NCBI GenBank assembly: GCA_039799905.1 | Contig: JBDLRP010000026.1 | Span: 64,001 to 128,000 of the forward strand | Length of the DNA: 64,000 nucleotides | From: Pseudomonadota bacterium | GTDB lineage: Bacteria; Bdellovibrionota_B; Oligoflexia; Silvanigrellales; Silvanigrellaceae | Direction of reading: 5' to 3' | In this document: piece by piece, positions 19,944-30,347 of the stretch | How the letters are laid out: the number at the start of each line of letters is the position of its first letter | How positions within the stretch are numbered: the first letter of the stretch is position 1 | Position numbers and translations under genes: made by a program | The notes under the pieces: generated by a model | Database searches by the model: none | What the model was told of the DNA's origin: nothing | The model's input: only the letters and a program-made list of their open reading frames with translations

Positions 19944-22391
19944 TCACCATGCAGGCAGCGTTTGCTCCATAAATTGAGCAAACTGAGAATTTCCGTATAA
20001 AACCCGAGGATTAAATTGCGGAGCGGAACTTCCCTGATGCCGCCCCTCGATTGTCACAATAACATCATCGCCACTCAGTCGCCCTTTGATGTCGATCGCT
20101 AGCTGAAGAATGAGGCGTGCTAGAAGGTCCGAACCGACCTTGTTGGCCCCAAATCCTCTGCCAAAGAAGGTTTCCAAAAAATGCCCCCTGGATTCGGCGG
20201 TGCCCTGCGATTGCGCTACCCGTAGCTTCGGTAGGAATTCCTGGGCTAAAAAATGGCAGTAAAAACTTCCCCATTGATACGCGATGCGCTGGCAAGCTGT
20301 CTCGTTTTCTGTTCCGCTAACGCCCGCCGGTATGCCGGCGGGGATCACCAAAAACGGCAGCCCAAATGAATTGTCGAAGGTGTCGGCAACTGCAGCCGCA
20401 GCGCGCCAAACCCGTTCATCGCTGACGCTCTTGGAGTCAAAAATGAGATCCAGTAATTGCGGCGAAAACCCAAGTACAATTCGTCCTCTGAAACGGCCTT
20501 CTGCCTCACCCGCATACAACTTTTCAAGACCCAGCGACCGGGCAATTGGGCCAAGAATGTTGTGAGCCTGGACTAAAAACTGCTGCAAGTGTGATTGACC
20601 GAGCGTTCGCGATTCCACCTCCTGCGAATACCAGTACATGGATTGCAATCCCGGCTGTGTCATGACATCCGACATAAAGCCGCTGCTGCGTTCGCGTTTG
20701 TCTCCTACCAAACCAAACATCACAGAGTTGCGGAACGACCAGCGGATGAGTGAACCTATGATGTCTGACTCAGAAGCTCTCTTCGACATCTGATATTGTT
20801 CTCGTTGCCACGTTTCGGACAATTCGTAGGCAACATGGTTTGAAAATTTAATCTGAAATTGCGATTCGCGCACTTCAGTTTTTGAACTGGCCGAAAGAAG
20901 CTTCGTGACAGGAGGTGAATTTTTCGTGGCGTGAGCTGCCGCCAGACGTTCAGTCATAACAAGATTATGCAATGGCCGGCCTTTCAAGATAAACTTGTCC
21001 AGGTCAGCGCGCGAACTGAGCAACACAGAACCACCACTGACCGCATGCAGATACGCCTCGGCGGCGGCTGCATCGCGCAGATCAAAAACGTAGTCCGCGT
21101 AAAACTGCTGCTTACCGCTGCGCGCTTCGCTCCAGCTTACGCTTGCGTCAAAACGCAGCTCCTGATCAGTATAGTCATAAATTGCCTCTGCCGCTTTGCG
21201 AATTCTCGCTGTAGCCTGCGGATTCAACTTGTCAACGAAACTTTTTATTCGGGCGCTTGTCTGGTTTTGAATTTGCTCGGGTGAACGTCTGATTGACAGT
21301 GAAAATTCGCTCAATCCATCGGGCCTCTTCTCGACCTCTCGATTGAAATTTGCGGCCTCCGCCGCACTGTTTTGCCCAAGATCCTGAAGAACGGACGGGC
21401 CTGAAAATTTCCGCAGCTGCTGCGGAAGCTGAATTTTTTGACTCCCCGAAAAACGGACTTCGGAAGATTTTATGATTTCACCAATCTGGTGAATCTTCGA
21501 GAATGGAATCACCCTGACCCTTGCTGCAACAGAAGCACCCGCCGACGCACCTGTTGAGAACGATTTTTCGTTTTGTTGAAAAATGCGAACTCTCACTGAA
21601 TTTTTATCGGTCTTAAAGATATGCAGTTCAAAACGACCGTCCACGACGAGATTTGCGCGCAAACCCGTTTGTGCGTGTCCGACAAGACTGCTTCCCAGAA
21701 CGCTGTCGATAGATCGCCCGGCTGACCAAGAATGTCTGAAAAAACTTCCGTCAATGCTGGTCATCATTTGGCCGTCCAACGGAAGTACAACTAGGTCGCC
21801 GACTCGCATTGCCTCTGCATTCGCCACGGTAATAGGCAGTGCGGACATCTCGAAACGTGGAGTGTTTTGCTCGTCTTTCGTATTTGCAAACTGCCGAAAG
21901 ACTTTGATCATCGTACCGGCACTCATTGATAGCTGAAGCGCCACAACTGGGCCGGAAGCACTGAGAGTGACAGGAGGAAGCGACTTGTTGATTTTGATTA
22001 TTTCAAGTCTTATCGGCTTTTCTTGGGTAGGCTGACCTAAGCGGTAGGCTGGATTGATGGCAACGATCGATGAAAACTCGCTTTGTGAAGTTGAAAAGTT
22101 CTCTCCCGCTGAAGCAAGCTCGACAGTGCCTTCGCGAAACAGTGTTGCGATGTCAGTCATGAATTTCGATTCTTCGGGAAGTGGATTCATGAGCGCACTG
22201 CGGACATAATCCCGCTGCTCGTTGTCCACAGCGTCAATCGATAGAGTGGTGCCCGCGACCGTGGCGCCCATTCTGCGACACGCCGAAAAGAGACAGGCAC
22301 TCGATGCCGCAACAATGCTGCCGAGCAGCACTTTCTCAAACCGCAACAACCGCATTTTACTTTTTGTATGGCGGCCGGGCGATATCTTCAT
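19944..22391 (-). CDS. Large hypothetical lipoprotein
   Basis: 815-aa ORF with FSAC lipobox-like motif. No recognised domain. Start may be the internal Met. Confidence 0.75.
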   Translation of the reverse strand: MKISPGRHTKSKMRLLRFEKVLLGSIVAASSACLFSACRRMGATVAGTTLSIDAVDNEQRDYVRSALMNPLPEESKFMTDIATLFREGTVELASAGENFSTSQSEFSSIVAINPAYRLGQPTQEKPIRLEIIKINKSLPPVTLSASGPVVALQLSMSAGTMIKVFRQFANTKDEQNTPRFEMSALPITVANAEAMRVGDLVVLPLDGQMMTSIDGSFFRHSWSAGRSIDSVLGSSLVGHAQTGLRANLVVDGRFELHIFKTDKNSVRVRIFQQNEKSFSTGASAGASVAARVRVIPFSKIHQIGEIIKSSEVRFSGSQKIQLPQQLRKFSGPSVLQDLGQNSAAEAANFNREVEKRPDGLSEFSLSIRRSPEQIQNQTSARIKSFVDKLNPQATARIRKAAEAIYDYTDQELRFDASVSWSEARSGKQQFYADYVFDLRDAAAAEAYLHAVSGGSVLLSSRADLDKFILKGRPLHNLVMTERLAAAHATKNSPPVTKLLSASSKTEVRESQFQIKFSNHVAYELSETWQREQYQMSKRASESDIIGSLIRWSFRNSVMFGLVGDKRERSSGFMSDVMTQPGLQSMYWYSQEVESRTLGQSHLQQFLVQAHNILGPIARSLGLEKLYAGEAEGRFRGRIVLGFSPQLLDLIFDSKSVSDERVWRAAAAVADTFDNSFGLPFLVIPAGIPAGVSGTENETACQRIAYQWGSFYCHFLAQEFLPKLRVAQSQGTAESRGHFLETFFGRGFGANKVGSDLLARLILQLAIDIKGRLSGDDVIVTIEGRHQGSSAPQFNPRVLYGNSQFAQFMEQTLPAW

Positions 22392-22415
22392 ATGCGCTTT
22401 GGCTCCCCATCTATG

Positions 22416-23345
22416 TTAAAATGCCGCGACAAATCCGCCAAAGACAAACACGGTCAGGGGATTTTGCAACAGAATGGGATCGGCTTGCTCGGGTATCAAA
22501 AAGGACCCCTTGATCATGGAAACCTGCGCACCGCCCGCGAGTGTAAAAGCACTCCCAAGGTTCAAACCAGCTGCAAACTCGCCACCAACTCGATTGTATT
22601 TCATCGCAGTATCGACGCTCAGACTAGACGATTTTATGGAAATCTTTGAGCCGACAGGAATTGCAAACACCCCGCCCGCCTTGCAGTAAAGGCGCTTGCT
22701 GATGCATCTCATGATCGATAGAGCCGGCAGAACCACGACTTCGGTGAACTTGGCGTTGACTAGATAGTCATCCTGATTCGACAGCACTGTTTTTCCGCTT
22801 GTGTTCGCTGACAGAAAAGACACTCCGAGGTCAAATCCAAAGACCTGGGACGGAGCAAAACGCATCATCGCACCTGCAGTAAAACCGCCTCCGCTTAGAC
22901 CATTGATAGGCTGAGGCGCATCTGCCACACTGCCGTCCTGCGCGACTTCTCCCTCGGGCGTGAATGGTTGCTTAAAGGTAAATAACCCGCCACCGCCAAG
23001 AACGCCCAAATAGAATTTTTTGCCACCGCGACCCGACGAACCGCCGGTCGAAAATCCGCCCGATATCGGAGGGCATCTGCTGCTACGCAGGACGATGGTC
23101 GCGTTTCTTTTAGATTTTTTTGTGACACGGAAGGTGAAACGCCTGCCGTCGTTGGCTTCGGCTTGAACAGTTTGCCCGACTGCCAAGCCCGCAGAAGGTG
23201 TCACGAGCAGCGTGCACTTGCGCTGTTTTAGTATCTCGTATTCTTCAGCCATCGCCCGCGAGGGAACGATTGCTGTCATGAACATAAACAGCAGTGCAGT
23301 CAGGGCTCCGGGGCGGACAAATCCAACAGATTTTGTCCACGCCAT
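22416..23345 (-). CDS. Probable outer-membrane beta-barrel protein with small N-terminal domain
   Basis: Signal peptide (AMA-E), Gly linker, amphipathic strands, terminal Phe. Confidence 0.65.
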   Translation of the reverse strand: MAWTKSVGFVRPGALTALLFMFMTAIVPSRAMAEEYEILKQRKCTLLVTPSAGLAVGQTVQAEANDGRRFTFRVTKKSKRNATIVLRSSRCPPISGGFSTGGSSGRGGKKFYLGVLGGGGLFTFKQPFTPEGEVAQDGSVADAPQPINGLSGGGFTAGAMMRFAPSQVFGFDLGVSFLSANTSGKTVLSNQDDYLVNAKFTEVVVLPALSIMRCISKRLYCKAGGVFAIPVGSKISIKSSSLSVDTAMKYNRVGGEFAAGLNLGSAFTLAGGAQVSMIKGSFLIPEQADPILLQNPLTVFVFGGFVAAF

Positions 23346-23399
23346 CCCAATTCGCTGCAAAAAATCAGACACAGTGCACCTCGGCAACGATTTGCAGAG

Positions 23400-23426
23400 G
23401 TATCGGACGATACCGAAATCACTTAA
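23400..23426 (-). promoter_or_regulatory. Sigma-28 (FliA)-like promoter
   Basis: Minus strand TTAA-N15-TCCGATAC. Confidence 0.55.
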
Positions 23427-23466
23427 GTAAAAATCAGAAGCAGCCTGGGGTCAGGTTCCGGTCAAG

Positions 23467-23739
23467 CTAGCCGGCCCGATTAGGGGCGGTCAATCTGCTT
23501 GCTCCCAGGTCTCGTTTGCGGTCGTCTATCAACTCCGAGAGAGCCCGCTTGGCCTGGGCCAACTGACCGCGTCTCACGAATTCGGCCACAGACATCCCGC
23601 CAAGGTCTTTGAGGGGCATAAACACAAGTTCCAGTGCCTCGGAATAGTTCACTCCCACATGGTTCATAGCCATGTTCACAGCCTCTTCAAACTGTCTCTG
23701 AAACACGAGCTCGTCTACGCGGGTGTGTCGATACGACAT
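23467..23739 (-). CDS. Small protein, possibly related to the Xre/MbcA/ParS antitoxin C-terminal domain
   Basis: GAGG RBS. PLKDLGGMSVAEFVRRG resembles the P..LGG..P..L...G pattern. Confidence 0.55.
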   Translation of the reverse strand: MSYRHTRVDELVFQRQFEEAVNMAMNHVGVNYSEALELVFMPLKDLGGMSVAEFVRRGQLAQAKRALSELIDDRKRDLGASRLTAPNRAG

Positions 23740-23796
23740 GTTAGTTGGCCCTCATTCACCAGTTTGAGCGCAATCAACGACTGAGTCCGAGAAAGA

Positions 23797-23823
23797 GAAT
23801 CGGAGAGCCCGTGAAAGGTTTGA
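23797..23823 (-). promoter_or_regulatory. Sigma-28 (FliA)-like promoter
   Basis: Minus strand TCAA-N15-TCCGATTC. Confidence 0.5.
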
Positions 23824-23843
23824 ATAAGTATGTATTTTTATAT

Positions 23844-24764
23844 TTATTTCAAATTCTTATCTAGCAAAACGAAACTTACGAACGAAAAGATGACCCACAA
23901 AAGCACCCCCATTCCCAGATGAACGAGCTGCATCCAGACCGGAGCCATCAACTGAACGTTGATAAAACCAAGTCCGACCTGCAACAGCGTAACTACGGTC
24001 AGCCCCCATCCCAACAATGCACCGGGTAGCTTTTCATAGTCGTTCCAGAATTTTGCCTGATGAACAACCACCGCTAGGGTTGCAAGTATCGCAACCACTG
24101 GGTGAATCAACCGAAGCCTCAAAAGCAGAGGAACCTCTCCGTCGAGATAAGCTTGAAGCGGCAGAACACCAAAACCTGAGTAGAGAGTGTCGCCAAGAGC
24201 AGCGATGGCACCTGTCATTCCACTGAGGGTCAACAGCACTCCGCAGGTCAACAGGAAGGGCAAACGCCTGATCTGATTCATGGGTGCAAGCCGCCGCTGG
24301 GGACAATCTTCGGTTGCTCGCCAAATGCACAAGCAAATCGCGGAGATGAGTGCAAATGTATTCAGGAGGTGGGCCGACATCGAAAACATTCGCTTGAGCG
24401 AGGCATTGTGGGCGACCAATTCGAAAAGAACCAATCCGGCACCAATCAGAGCTTCGACAATAATAAAGCCAACGGACCAAGCCGCGGCACTGCGCAAAGG
24501 ATGACCCTTTGGGCTTGCCTTACGGGCAAAAATGTAAAGCATTACGACAAAAACTAGCGATAACCCGCTCGTCAAACGATGAGTCAACTCAATAAGAGTT
24601 TCAATTTGAGGCTCACGAGGAATAACAACACCATTGCATAACGGCCAATGGTCGCCACATCCCGCGCCTGAACCGGTGGCGCGGACAAAGGCACCCCAAA
24701 GAATGACCGCCGTGATGTAGAAAAGATTAAACCAAGCCCAACGCTGAACATTCACCATGCGCAT
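23844..24764 (-). CDS. ctaA: Heme A synthase (COX15/CtaA)
   Basis: GAFVRATGSGAGCGDHWPLCNG, IELTHR, further conserved His in TM helices. Confidence 0.88.
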   Translation of the reverse strand: MRMVNVQRWAWFNLFYITAVILWGAFVRATGSGAGCGDHWPLCNGVVIPREPQIETLIELTHRLTSGLSLVFVVMLYIFARKASPKGHPLRSAAAWSVGFIIVEALIGAGLVLFELVAHNASLKRMFSMSAHLLNTFALISAICLCIWRATEDCPQRRLAPMNQIRRLPFLLTCGVLLTLSGMTGAIAALGDTLYSGFGVLPLQAYLDGEVPLLLRLRLIHPVVAILATLAVVVHQAKFWNDYEKLPGALLGWGLTVVTLLQVGLGFINVQLMAPVWMQLVHLGMGVLLWVIFSFVSFVLLDKNLK

Positions 24765-24967
24765 AGCCAACCCGCCCCTCCGGAACATCCCTTGCTCAGG
24801 GCTTAGCAGGCAGCCGTTCTCGGAAGCAAGCGAATCTGTGACAGAGCCGGTATTTCAAGGAAACACAGAAAAAGAAGTTTGTGACATTTTCCCCATCACT
24901 GGCAGGTTGTCGGTTCAGCGTGCACTCTGGTAGATTCATTTATAATGAAGAATATAAGGGTGAGGCT

Positions 24968-25291
24968 GTGAGACGTTTGAGCTCGACAAAAGTTGGTCTT
25001 TTCGCGTCGCTCCTCGCACTCGCTGGTGCAGAAATCGCCGGTTGCAGAAAAGTTGATACCTCAAATTCAACAGGAATGGCGACGAAACCCTCTGAGCTGT
25101 TCTCGACCGACTCGAAAAAACGCTGCGTTGACCGTGCCGCTCAGTTGACGGTCAATCAATCGCTGCAGGACAAACTTTGCGAACGAGCGACATCGAGCGC
25201 ACCCGTCGATTGTTTCAAACGGAAGACTTCGCAAGGCGTCGCCGCAGAAGCTGCGGTGATGCAATGCAGAACTCCAAACCTGCCGCGCTGA
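24968..25291 (+). CDS. Small Cys-rich lipoprotein
   Basis: GTG after GAGG, IAGC lipobox, four further Cys. Confidence 0.55.
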   Translation: MRRLSSTKVGLFASLLALAGAEIAGCRKVDTSNSTGMATKPSELFSTDSKKRCVDRAAQLTVNQSLQDKLCERATSSAPVDCFKRKTSQGVAAEAAVMQCRTPNLPR

Positions 25292-25897
25292 TCAGCAACG
25301 TTGTATTTCGAGCCACAAATCAATTCCATCGTCTGCACCGCTCAGATCAACCAGTGCAGGTGCCGGATCATAAAATGACTTCAATTCAAGCTGCCAATCA
25401 GCATTGACCTCAACCCTTTGTTCAACACTCGCACATTCGGAAATGCTTTCAATATCGTGTGCCTTGTAGAGCAGCAAGCGACCGTCGATTGCCGCGCTGA
25501 CTGGAACACGGCCGCTCTGCGAAAGGCGGCGTCCCAAAATTTCTACAACAGCAGTCATGGCAAATTCTGTTTGCTTACCTTTGTGGGCCCGCAGCTGCAC
25601 CCTGTGTGTCAACGTCTTGAGACGATATCCGGACGGAATCACGAACTGCACGTTCATCCCGCAGCTCCCGAGCGCATTCTGAAGCAAATGCGCGGCTTGC
25701 GCCGTCTGCGCAGAAAAATCAAAAAATCTCAGCATCAGCTTCGTTTCATCGATCCGCCGATCGCGCAGAATACACTCGCCGCCTGAGATCCTGACACTCG
25801 GCAGATTCCATGCGGCATCAGCACGGGAAGCAAAAAAAGACGCCACCATGAAAAAGCAAAAAATCTTCCTTTTCGGTATGCACATATAAAAACACAT
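25292..25897 (-). CDS. Secreted protein, DUF4360-like
   Basis: Signal peptide ADA-A, SGGEC...FFDF...SC...IPSGY pattern and a later Cys pair. Confidence 0.5.
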   Translation of the reverse strand: MCFYMCIPKRKIFCFFMVASFFASRADAAWNLPSVRISGGECILRDRRIDETKLMLRFFDFSAQTAQAAHLLQNALGSCGMNVQFVIPSGYRLKTLTHRVQLRAHKGKQTEFAMTAVVEILGRRLSQSGRVPVSAAIDGRLLLYKAHDIESISECASVEQRVEVNADWQLELKSFYDPAPALVDLSGADDGIDLWLEIQRC

Positions 25898-26014
25898 CCC
25901 CCAACCTCATTGCCACCAACCCTTTGCATGTTGTGCGAGAAGTGGCTTTCAGAAAAAAGCGCGCGATTATACTTTTGCGTGCGAGTTGCTGTTGGCCTGC
26001 CGGAGGGTTGCGAT

Positions 26015-26959
26015 ATGAGCATTGTACGCGGCAAAAGACTTCTCTGTGCGACGGACCTGTCGCACCCGCAGCTGGGTACCGAGCGTAATGCACTGGCTGT
26101 TGCAAACAGTCTGGAATGCGCGCTCACCTTCATTCACGTTCTCGAGGATGCCCCTTTGTTTTTGGGGCCCATGCCGTTTGAAGAGGGACAAAAATGGGAA
26201 CAACTGGAAACACGCTACCGCGGTGAGCTGCTCGCACAAACACAAATGCGGGCCGAAACAACGCTTGCTCCCCTGCGCGATGAGCACAATCACTTCCACG
26301 TGCAGGTCAAACTCGGAAACGCTGAAAATGAGATACTCGGTGTCCTCAACGACAAGTCTTCACGCTTTGCCGGTGTGATTGTCGGCAGACACCACCATTC
26401 CAGACTTTATTCGGCGATTTTCGGCAGTGTCGCACAAAGGATTCTTGAACAAAGTCTGGTTCCAGTGTTCGTTTTGCCACTGGCGGCTTCGGCACTGCAG
26501 CTCAATTTTTTGAACATTGGGCTGGCAACAACCATGCGCCCTGATAGCCACGGCGGTGAAAATCTGCTCAGGGAAATGCTTGAGTCTGATCCGACTCGGG
26601 CGCGTACAGCCCACCTTGCACACTGCTTTGAACGAGTTGGTCCCGCGTACAGCGGCTTCGAGACAACCGACGCATACGCAACCTACCGTGAACTTGAAAT
26701 GATATACGACCTCGCGGAATCACGACTGCAAAGAGCAATTGAAGACCGCGCGCGCGTTTTGCAGGACGATGGTTTTAAAGCTGTGGGTCACCTGCTGGTT
26801 GGACAGGCGGAGGACGAGCTCAGGCATTTCGCTGTCGACAACAAAATTGACTTGATTATATTCAGTCGGCACGCACGTGAGGGCACAAACCGTTTCCAAA
26901 TCGGCAGGATTGTGCGCCGATTTGTGCGCAACTCACCCTGTGCGATTGTCGTGATTTAA
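26015..26959 (+). CDS. Tandem universal stress protein
   Basis: LCATDLS, IHV, FGSVAQRIL..SLVPVFV and a second domain ending IG.IVRRFVRNSPCAIVVI. Confidence 0.88.
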   Translation: MSIVRGKRLLCATDLSHPQLGTERNALAVANSLECALTFIHVLEDAPLFLGPMPFEEGQKWEQLETRYRGELLAQTQMRAETTLAPLRDEHNHFHVQVKLGNAENEILGVLNDKSSRFAGVIVGRHHHSRLYSAIFGSVAQRILEQSLVPVFVLPLAASALQLNFLNIGLATTMRPDSHGGENLLREMLESDPTRARTAHLAHCFERVGPAYSGFETTDAYATYRELEMIYDLAESRLQRAIEDRARVLQDDGFKAVGHLLVGQAEDELRHFAVDNKIDLIIFSRHAREGTNRFQIGRIVRRFVRNSPCAIVVI

Positions 26960-26975
26960 TGATTGGAGTTCTGCT

Positions 26976-28274
26976 GTGGAATTTGCAGATAATAGAATCA
27001 ATTCGCGATTGGGTAAAATTGAAAAGGCATTCTCGATTCTGCCCAGCAGCGGCAATGTGGTTCTTTCGATGGCTGCTGCAGAACCCGAGTTGTTTTTTGA
27101 GAATTTGCATTTATCTGCCCGTCGTCATCAGGGTTTGCATATCCACTGCGCAAACCCGACGAAGCCTTATCCATGCTTCACGGACGCAGGTCTCACAGAA
27201 CACTTTCACTTCAACGTCATGTTCCTGACCGCAGCAGTTCGAAACCTGCAAGGTCACAACCTCGTGCACTATGTGCCACAGCATCTTTCGCGCTGGTCGC
27301 AAAATTTGACCCGTCGACGGAACATTGATGTTTTTTGGGGAACGTGCAGCCTTCCGACCGCCAACGGATTCGTAAGTCTGGGTGTGAACGCCTGCTACGA
27401 ACCTGAGCTACTGCGCAAGGCGCGCATTGTGATTCTTGAAATTAACCCCCATATGCCCGTGGTGTATGGCGACACGTTCGTGCCCGTCGATCAGGTCGAT
27501 TTATTTCTGCAGAGTCAGCGTCCGCTGCCCGTGCTGGCCTGCGAAAAAACAGACCCTGTCGACAGGCAGATTGCTGCCTATATTTCCGACTTGGTACCTG
27601 ATGGAGCGACAATCCAGCTCGGCATTGGTGGTATTCCAAATGCCGTGGGCGAATGCCTGACCCACAAAAAACACCTTGGCGTGCACACAGAATTGTTCAC
27701 CGAATCTATGCGCACGCTTTATGAGCACGGTGTGATCGACGGGTCCGAAAAAACACTCTGGCCGCGTAAGATGATTTCGACATTCGTATATGGCTCGGCG
27801 GATCTTTATAAATTTGTTGGTGAGAATCCGGCTGTCGAATTGCATCCCGCCTCGATCGTCAATGACCCGAACCGTATCTGCAGAAACCACCGAATGATCT
27901 CAATCAACACGGCCGTGGAGATCGACATCACAGGACAGGTCTGCTCTGAATCGGTGGGGCACAAAGAACTGAGCGGTGTCGGCGGAGCGACGGATACGCA
28001 TATCGGCGCACAACGCTCCCAAGGCGGACGCGGAATTATCGCTTTGCGTTCGACCACAAACGACGGAAAAATTTCAAAAATCGCCTTCGAACTGAAAGCC
28101 GGAGCCAAAGTTTCCATCAGCCGCAACGACATCGATACCGTGGTCAGCGAATATGGTGTGGCCGAGCTGATTGGTTTGTCGGTCGCGGAACGCGCCCAAG
28201 CTCTCATTCGTATTGCTCATCCGGATATGCGCGACGAGCTGCTCTTCAATGCACAAAGGGCTGGCTACATCTGA
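26976..28274 (+). CDS. Acetyl-CoA hydrolase/transferase family (4-hydroxybutyrate CoA-transferase-like)
   Basis: DGATIQLGIGGIPNAV, LGVHTE, EIDITGQV, VVSEYGVAEL, IAHPD. Confidence 0.92.
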   Translation: MEFADNRINSRLGKIEKAFSILPSSGNVVLSMAAAEPELFFENLHLSARRHQGLHIHCANPTKPYPCFTDAGLTEHFHFNVMFLTAAVRNLQGHNLVHYVPQHLSRWSQNLTRRRNIDVFWGTCSLPTANGFVSLGVNACYEPELLRKARIVILEINPHMPVVYGDTFVPVDQVDLFLQSQRPLPVLACEKTDPVDRQIAAYISDLVPDGATIQLGIGGIPNAVGECLTHKKHLGVHTELFTESMRTLYEHGVIDGSEKTLWPRKMISTFVYGSADLYKFVGENPAVELHPASIVNDPNRICRNHRMISINTAVEIDITGQVCSESVGHKELSGVGGATDTHIGAQRSQGGRGIIALRSTTNDGKISKIAFELKAGAKVSISRNDIDTVVSEYGVAELIGLSVAERAQALIRIAHPDMRDELLFNAQRAGYI

Positions 28275-28284
28275 GTTTTTGTCC

Positions 28285-28313
28285 TTGACCGGCATGGTAT
28301 CTCTCCGTATTGT
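28285..28313 (+). promoter_or_regulatory. Sigma-70-like promoter
   Basis: TTGACC-N17-TATTGT upstream of the ATG at 28338. Confidence 0.5.
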
Positions 28314-28337
28314 CCGCCGAAATTCAAGGGGAGTACT

Positions 28338-29120
28338 ATGAAACGACGCACAGTGTCCGTTGCAGTCTTGTCTCTGGCCCTCATGGCATCCTGCGGAACG
28401 CCGACCGCCACCACTTCACGCACAGTTTCGACCATCCAACGCGGCGATATTATAATCGAAACAATTGAAACATCGACAAATCCGCAGATCTCTGCAGCCG
28501 AAGCGGAAGCGGAAATCCGCGCTGCTCTCTCGCAGCAGAGCATCAGCGCAACTCAGGGCGAACTGACGAATTCCACGGTCGGCGGCCGTGTGCTCGAAAA
28601 CACCTCGACAGACAAAATTGACACCATCGTGCGCATCGTGAATGCGTTCGCGGATTTGGCAAAGCGGGTCGTTGCACCCGACACGCCCCTGATGAAAGGC
28701 AACATCATCGCGGAGGCGCGCCCCGCCGGATTGGAGCCGATGGCTCTGCAAAACAGCAAGTACTCGGGGAAGTCCTACAAAAAACTTTTCAAGAGCCTGC
28801 TGGGCTTCAAGCTCGTCGAAGTCGAATACAAAATCGCCTATTCATACGGAGCTGATAACAACGGCAAAGGACAGTACATTCCTCACGTTCTTTTCACTCC
28901 GATGAAAATTGTCCTCGATCCGCTTTGGCACCTCGAGGCCGACTCCCTCTCGCTCGCTCCCAGAAATTGCGGTACCATTGAGGACCCCATCGCGGCATTG
29001 GAGTTCAATCTCGCCTTCAAGGCGAAAGGTCTGACCGGCACAATTATGGCCACAGATACTTTCTCATTGAATGCTCAAACGGGTGAGCTTGTTGCCGACG
29101 GGAGGGATTTTCAGCCCTAG
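28338..29120 (+). CDS. Hypothetical lipoprotein
   Basis: GGGGAG RBS, MASC lipobox, beta-rich C-terminal half. Confidence 0.75.
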   Translation: MKRRTVSVAVLSLALMASCGTPTATTSRTVSTIQRGDIIIETIETSTNPQISAAEAEAEIRAALSQQSISATQGELTNSTVGGRVLENTSTDKIDTIVRIVNAFADLAKRVVAPDTPLMKGNIIAEARPAGLEPMALQNSKYSGKSYKKLFKSLLGFKLVEVEYKIAYSYGADNNGKGQYIPHVLFTPMKIVLDPLWHLEADSLSLAPRNCGTIEDPIAALEFNLAFKAKGLTGTIMATDTFSLNAQTGELVADGRDFQP

Positions 29121-29150
29121 TTTCCTAATTCTCAGCAAGGAGCGCAGAGA

Positions 29151-30347
29151 ATGAACAATCCTACGGAAGGCAGCCCGTCCGCAACGACTCTCAGCGCGGG
29201 TATCATCCCCCGCACATCTTCATCCGAAATTGTTGAAATGAGTTGGTTCGCACCCATCTGCTCGGATGACTTCGAGTATCTGGGAGTTCCAGAATCCCGC
29301 CTGAAAAGTTCTTGGGCTCATGTTTCCAAAATTGCTCTGGAGGCGGAGCGGCAGGGATTCGACAACATGCTTTGTCCGAGCAGCTATCAGGTCGGACAGG
29401 ACACACTCACCTTCGCAGCTGCTTTGGCTCCACAACTGAAAAAAATGAGTCTGCTGGCTGCCATCCGCTGTGGCGAAGTGCATCCTGCGATGCTCGCACG
29501 CACACTTGCCACGCTCGATCACATGCTCGAGGGGCGGCTCACGGTCAACATCATTTCATCCGACCTTCCCGGCGAAACACTCGACTCGAAAACTCGCTAC
29601 GCAAAATCGCGTGAAGTCTGTCAGATTCTTCGCCAGTGCTGGACTCGCGAGGAAATCAATTTCGAAGGCGAATTCTACAAGCTGAAATTGCCAGCGGCGC
29701 CGTGCAAGCCCTATCAGCAAAACGGCGGGCCGCTGTTGTATTTCGGCGGACTCTCTCCCGACGCGCTGGACCTGTGTGCTCGCGAGTGTGATGTTTTCCT
29801 GATGTGGCCAGAAACCGAAGATCGTCTGCGTGCCCACATGCAAGAGATGACAACACGTGCCGAAACCTATGGCAGAAGGGTCGATTTTGGCCTGCGCGTA
29901 CACATGATTGTCCGCGAAACAGAGCAAGAAGCCCGCGCCGCTGCGAGAAAACTCGTTTCAAAACTTAATGACGACAAGGGCAACGAGATCCGCAGCCGCG
30001 CACTCGACTCCAAATCGTTCGGTGTTGCCATGCAGGCGGAAATGCGCACTCTGGCTGATGACGACGGATTTGCAGAAGACCTGCTTTGGACCGGTGTCGG
30101 ACGCGCGCGCTCGGGGTGCGGTTGTGCGCTGGTCGGCACGCCCGATCAAATTGTCAGCAAACTAAACCGCTACATCGACATGGGGATCCGCTCGTTTGTT
30201 CTTTCGGGATACCCGCACTTCGATGAATGCGGATTGGTCGGAAAATACGTTTTGCCGCGGTTCCGCAGAGGCAAGCTGGCGGAAATCCAAGGCCGCATTC
30301 CCACATCACTTCCCAACACGCCGCTCGGCGCCGGAGTCCGTCAATGA
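29151..30347 (+). CDS. smoC: LLM-class flavin-dependent monooxygenase, probable sulfoquinovose monooxygenase (SmoC/SquD-like)
   Basis: SsuD-family motifs ([39 protein letters not shown]). Segments [37 protein letters not shown] and TPLG.G.R match my recollection of SmoC. Confidence 0.85.
   Translation: MNNPTEGSPSATTLSAGIIPRTSSSEIVEMSWFAPICSDDFEYLGVPESRLKSSWAHVSKIALEAERQGFDNMLCPSSYQVGQDTLTFAAALAPQLKKMSLLAAIRCGEVHPAMLARTLATLDHMLEGRLTVNIISSDLPGETLDSKTRYAKSREVCQILRQCWTREEINFEGEFYKLKLPAAPCKPYQQNGGPLLYFGGLSPDALDLCARECDVFLMWPETEDRLRAHMQEMTTRAETYGRRVDFGLRVHMIVRETEQEARAAARKLVSKLNDDKGNEIRSRALDSKSFGVAMQAEMRTLADDDGFAEDLLWTGVGRARSGCGCALVGTPDQIVSKLNRYIDMGIRSFVLSGYPHFDECGLVGKYVLPRFRRGKLAEIQGRIPTSLPNTPLGAGVRQ

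Noticed and set aside
29151..30347. Plain ssuD alkanesulfonate monooxygenase call
   Set aside because: No ssuABCE genes. Sugar ABC, AKR and GH31 context plus SmoC-like segments fit better.
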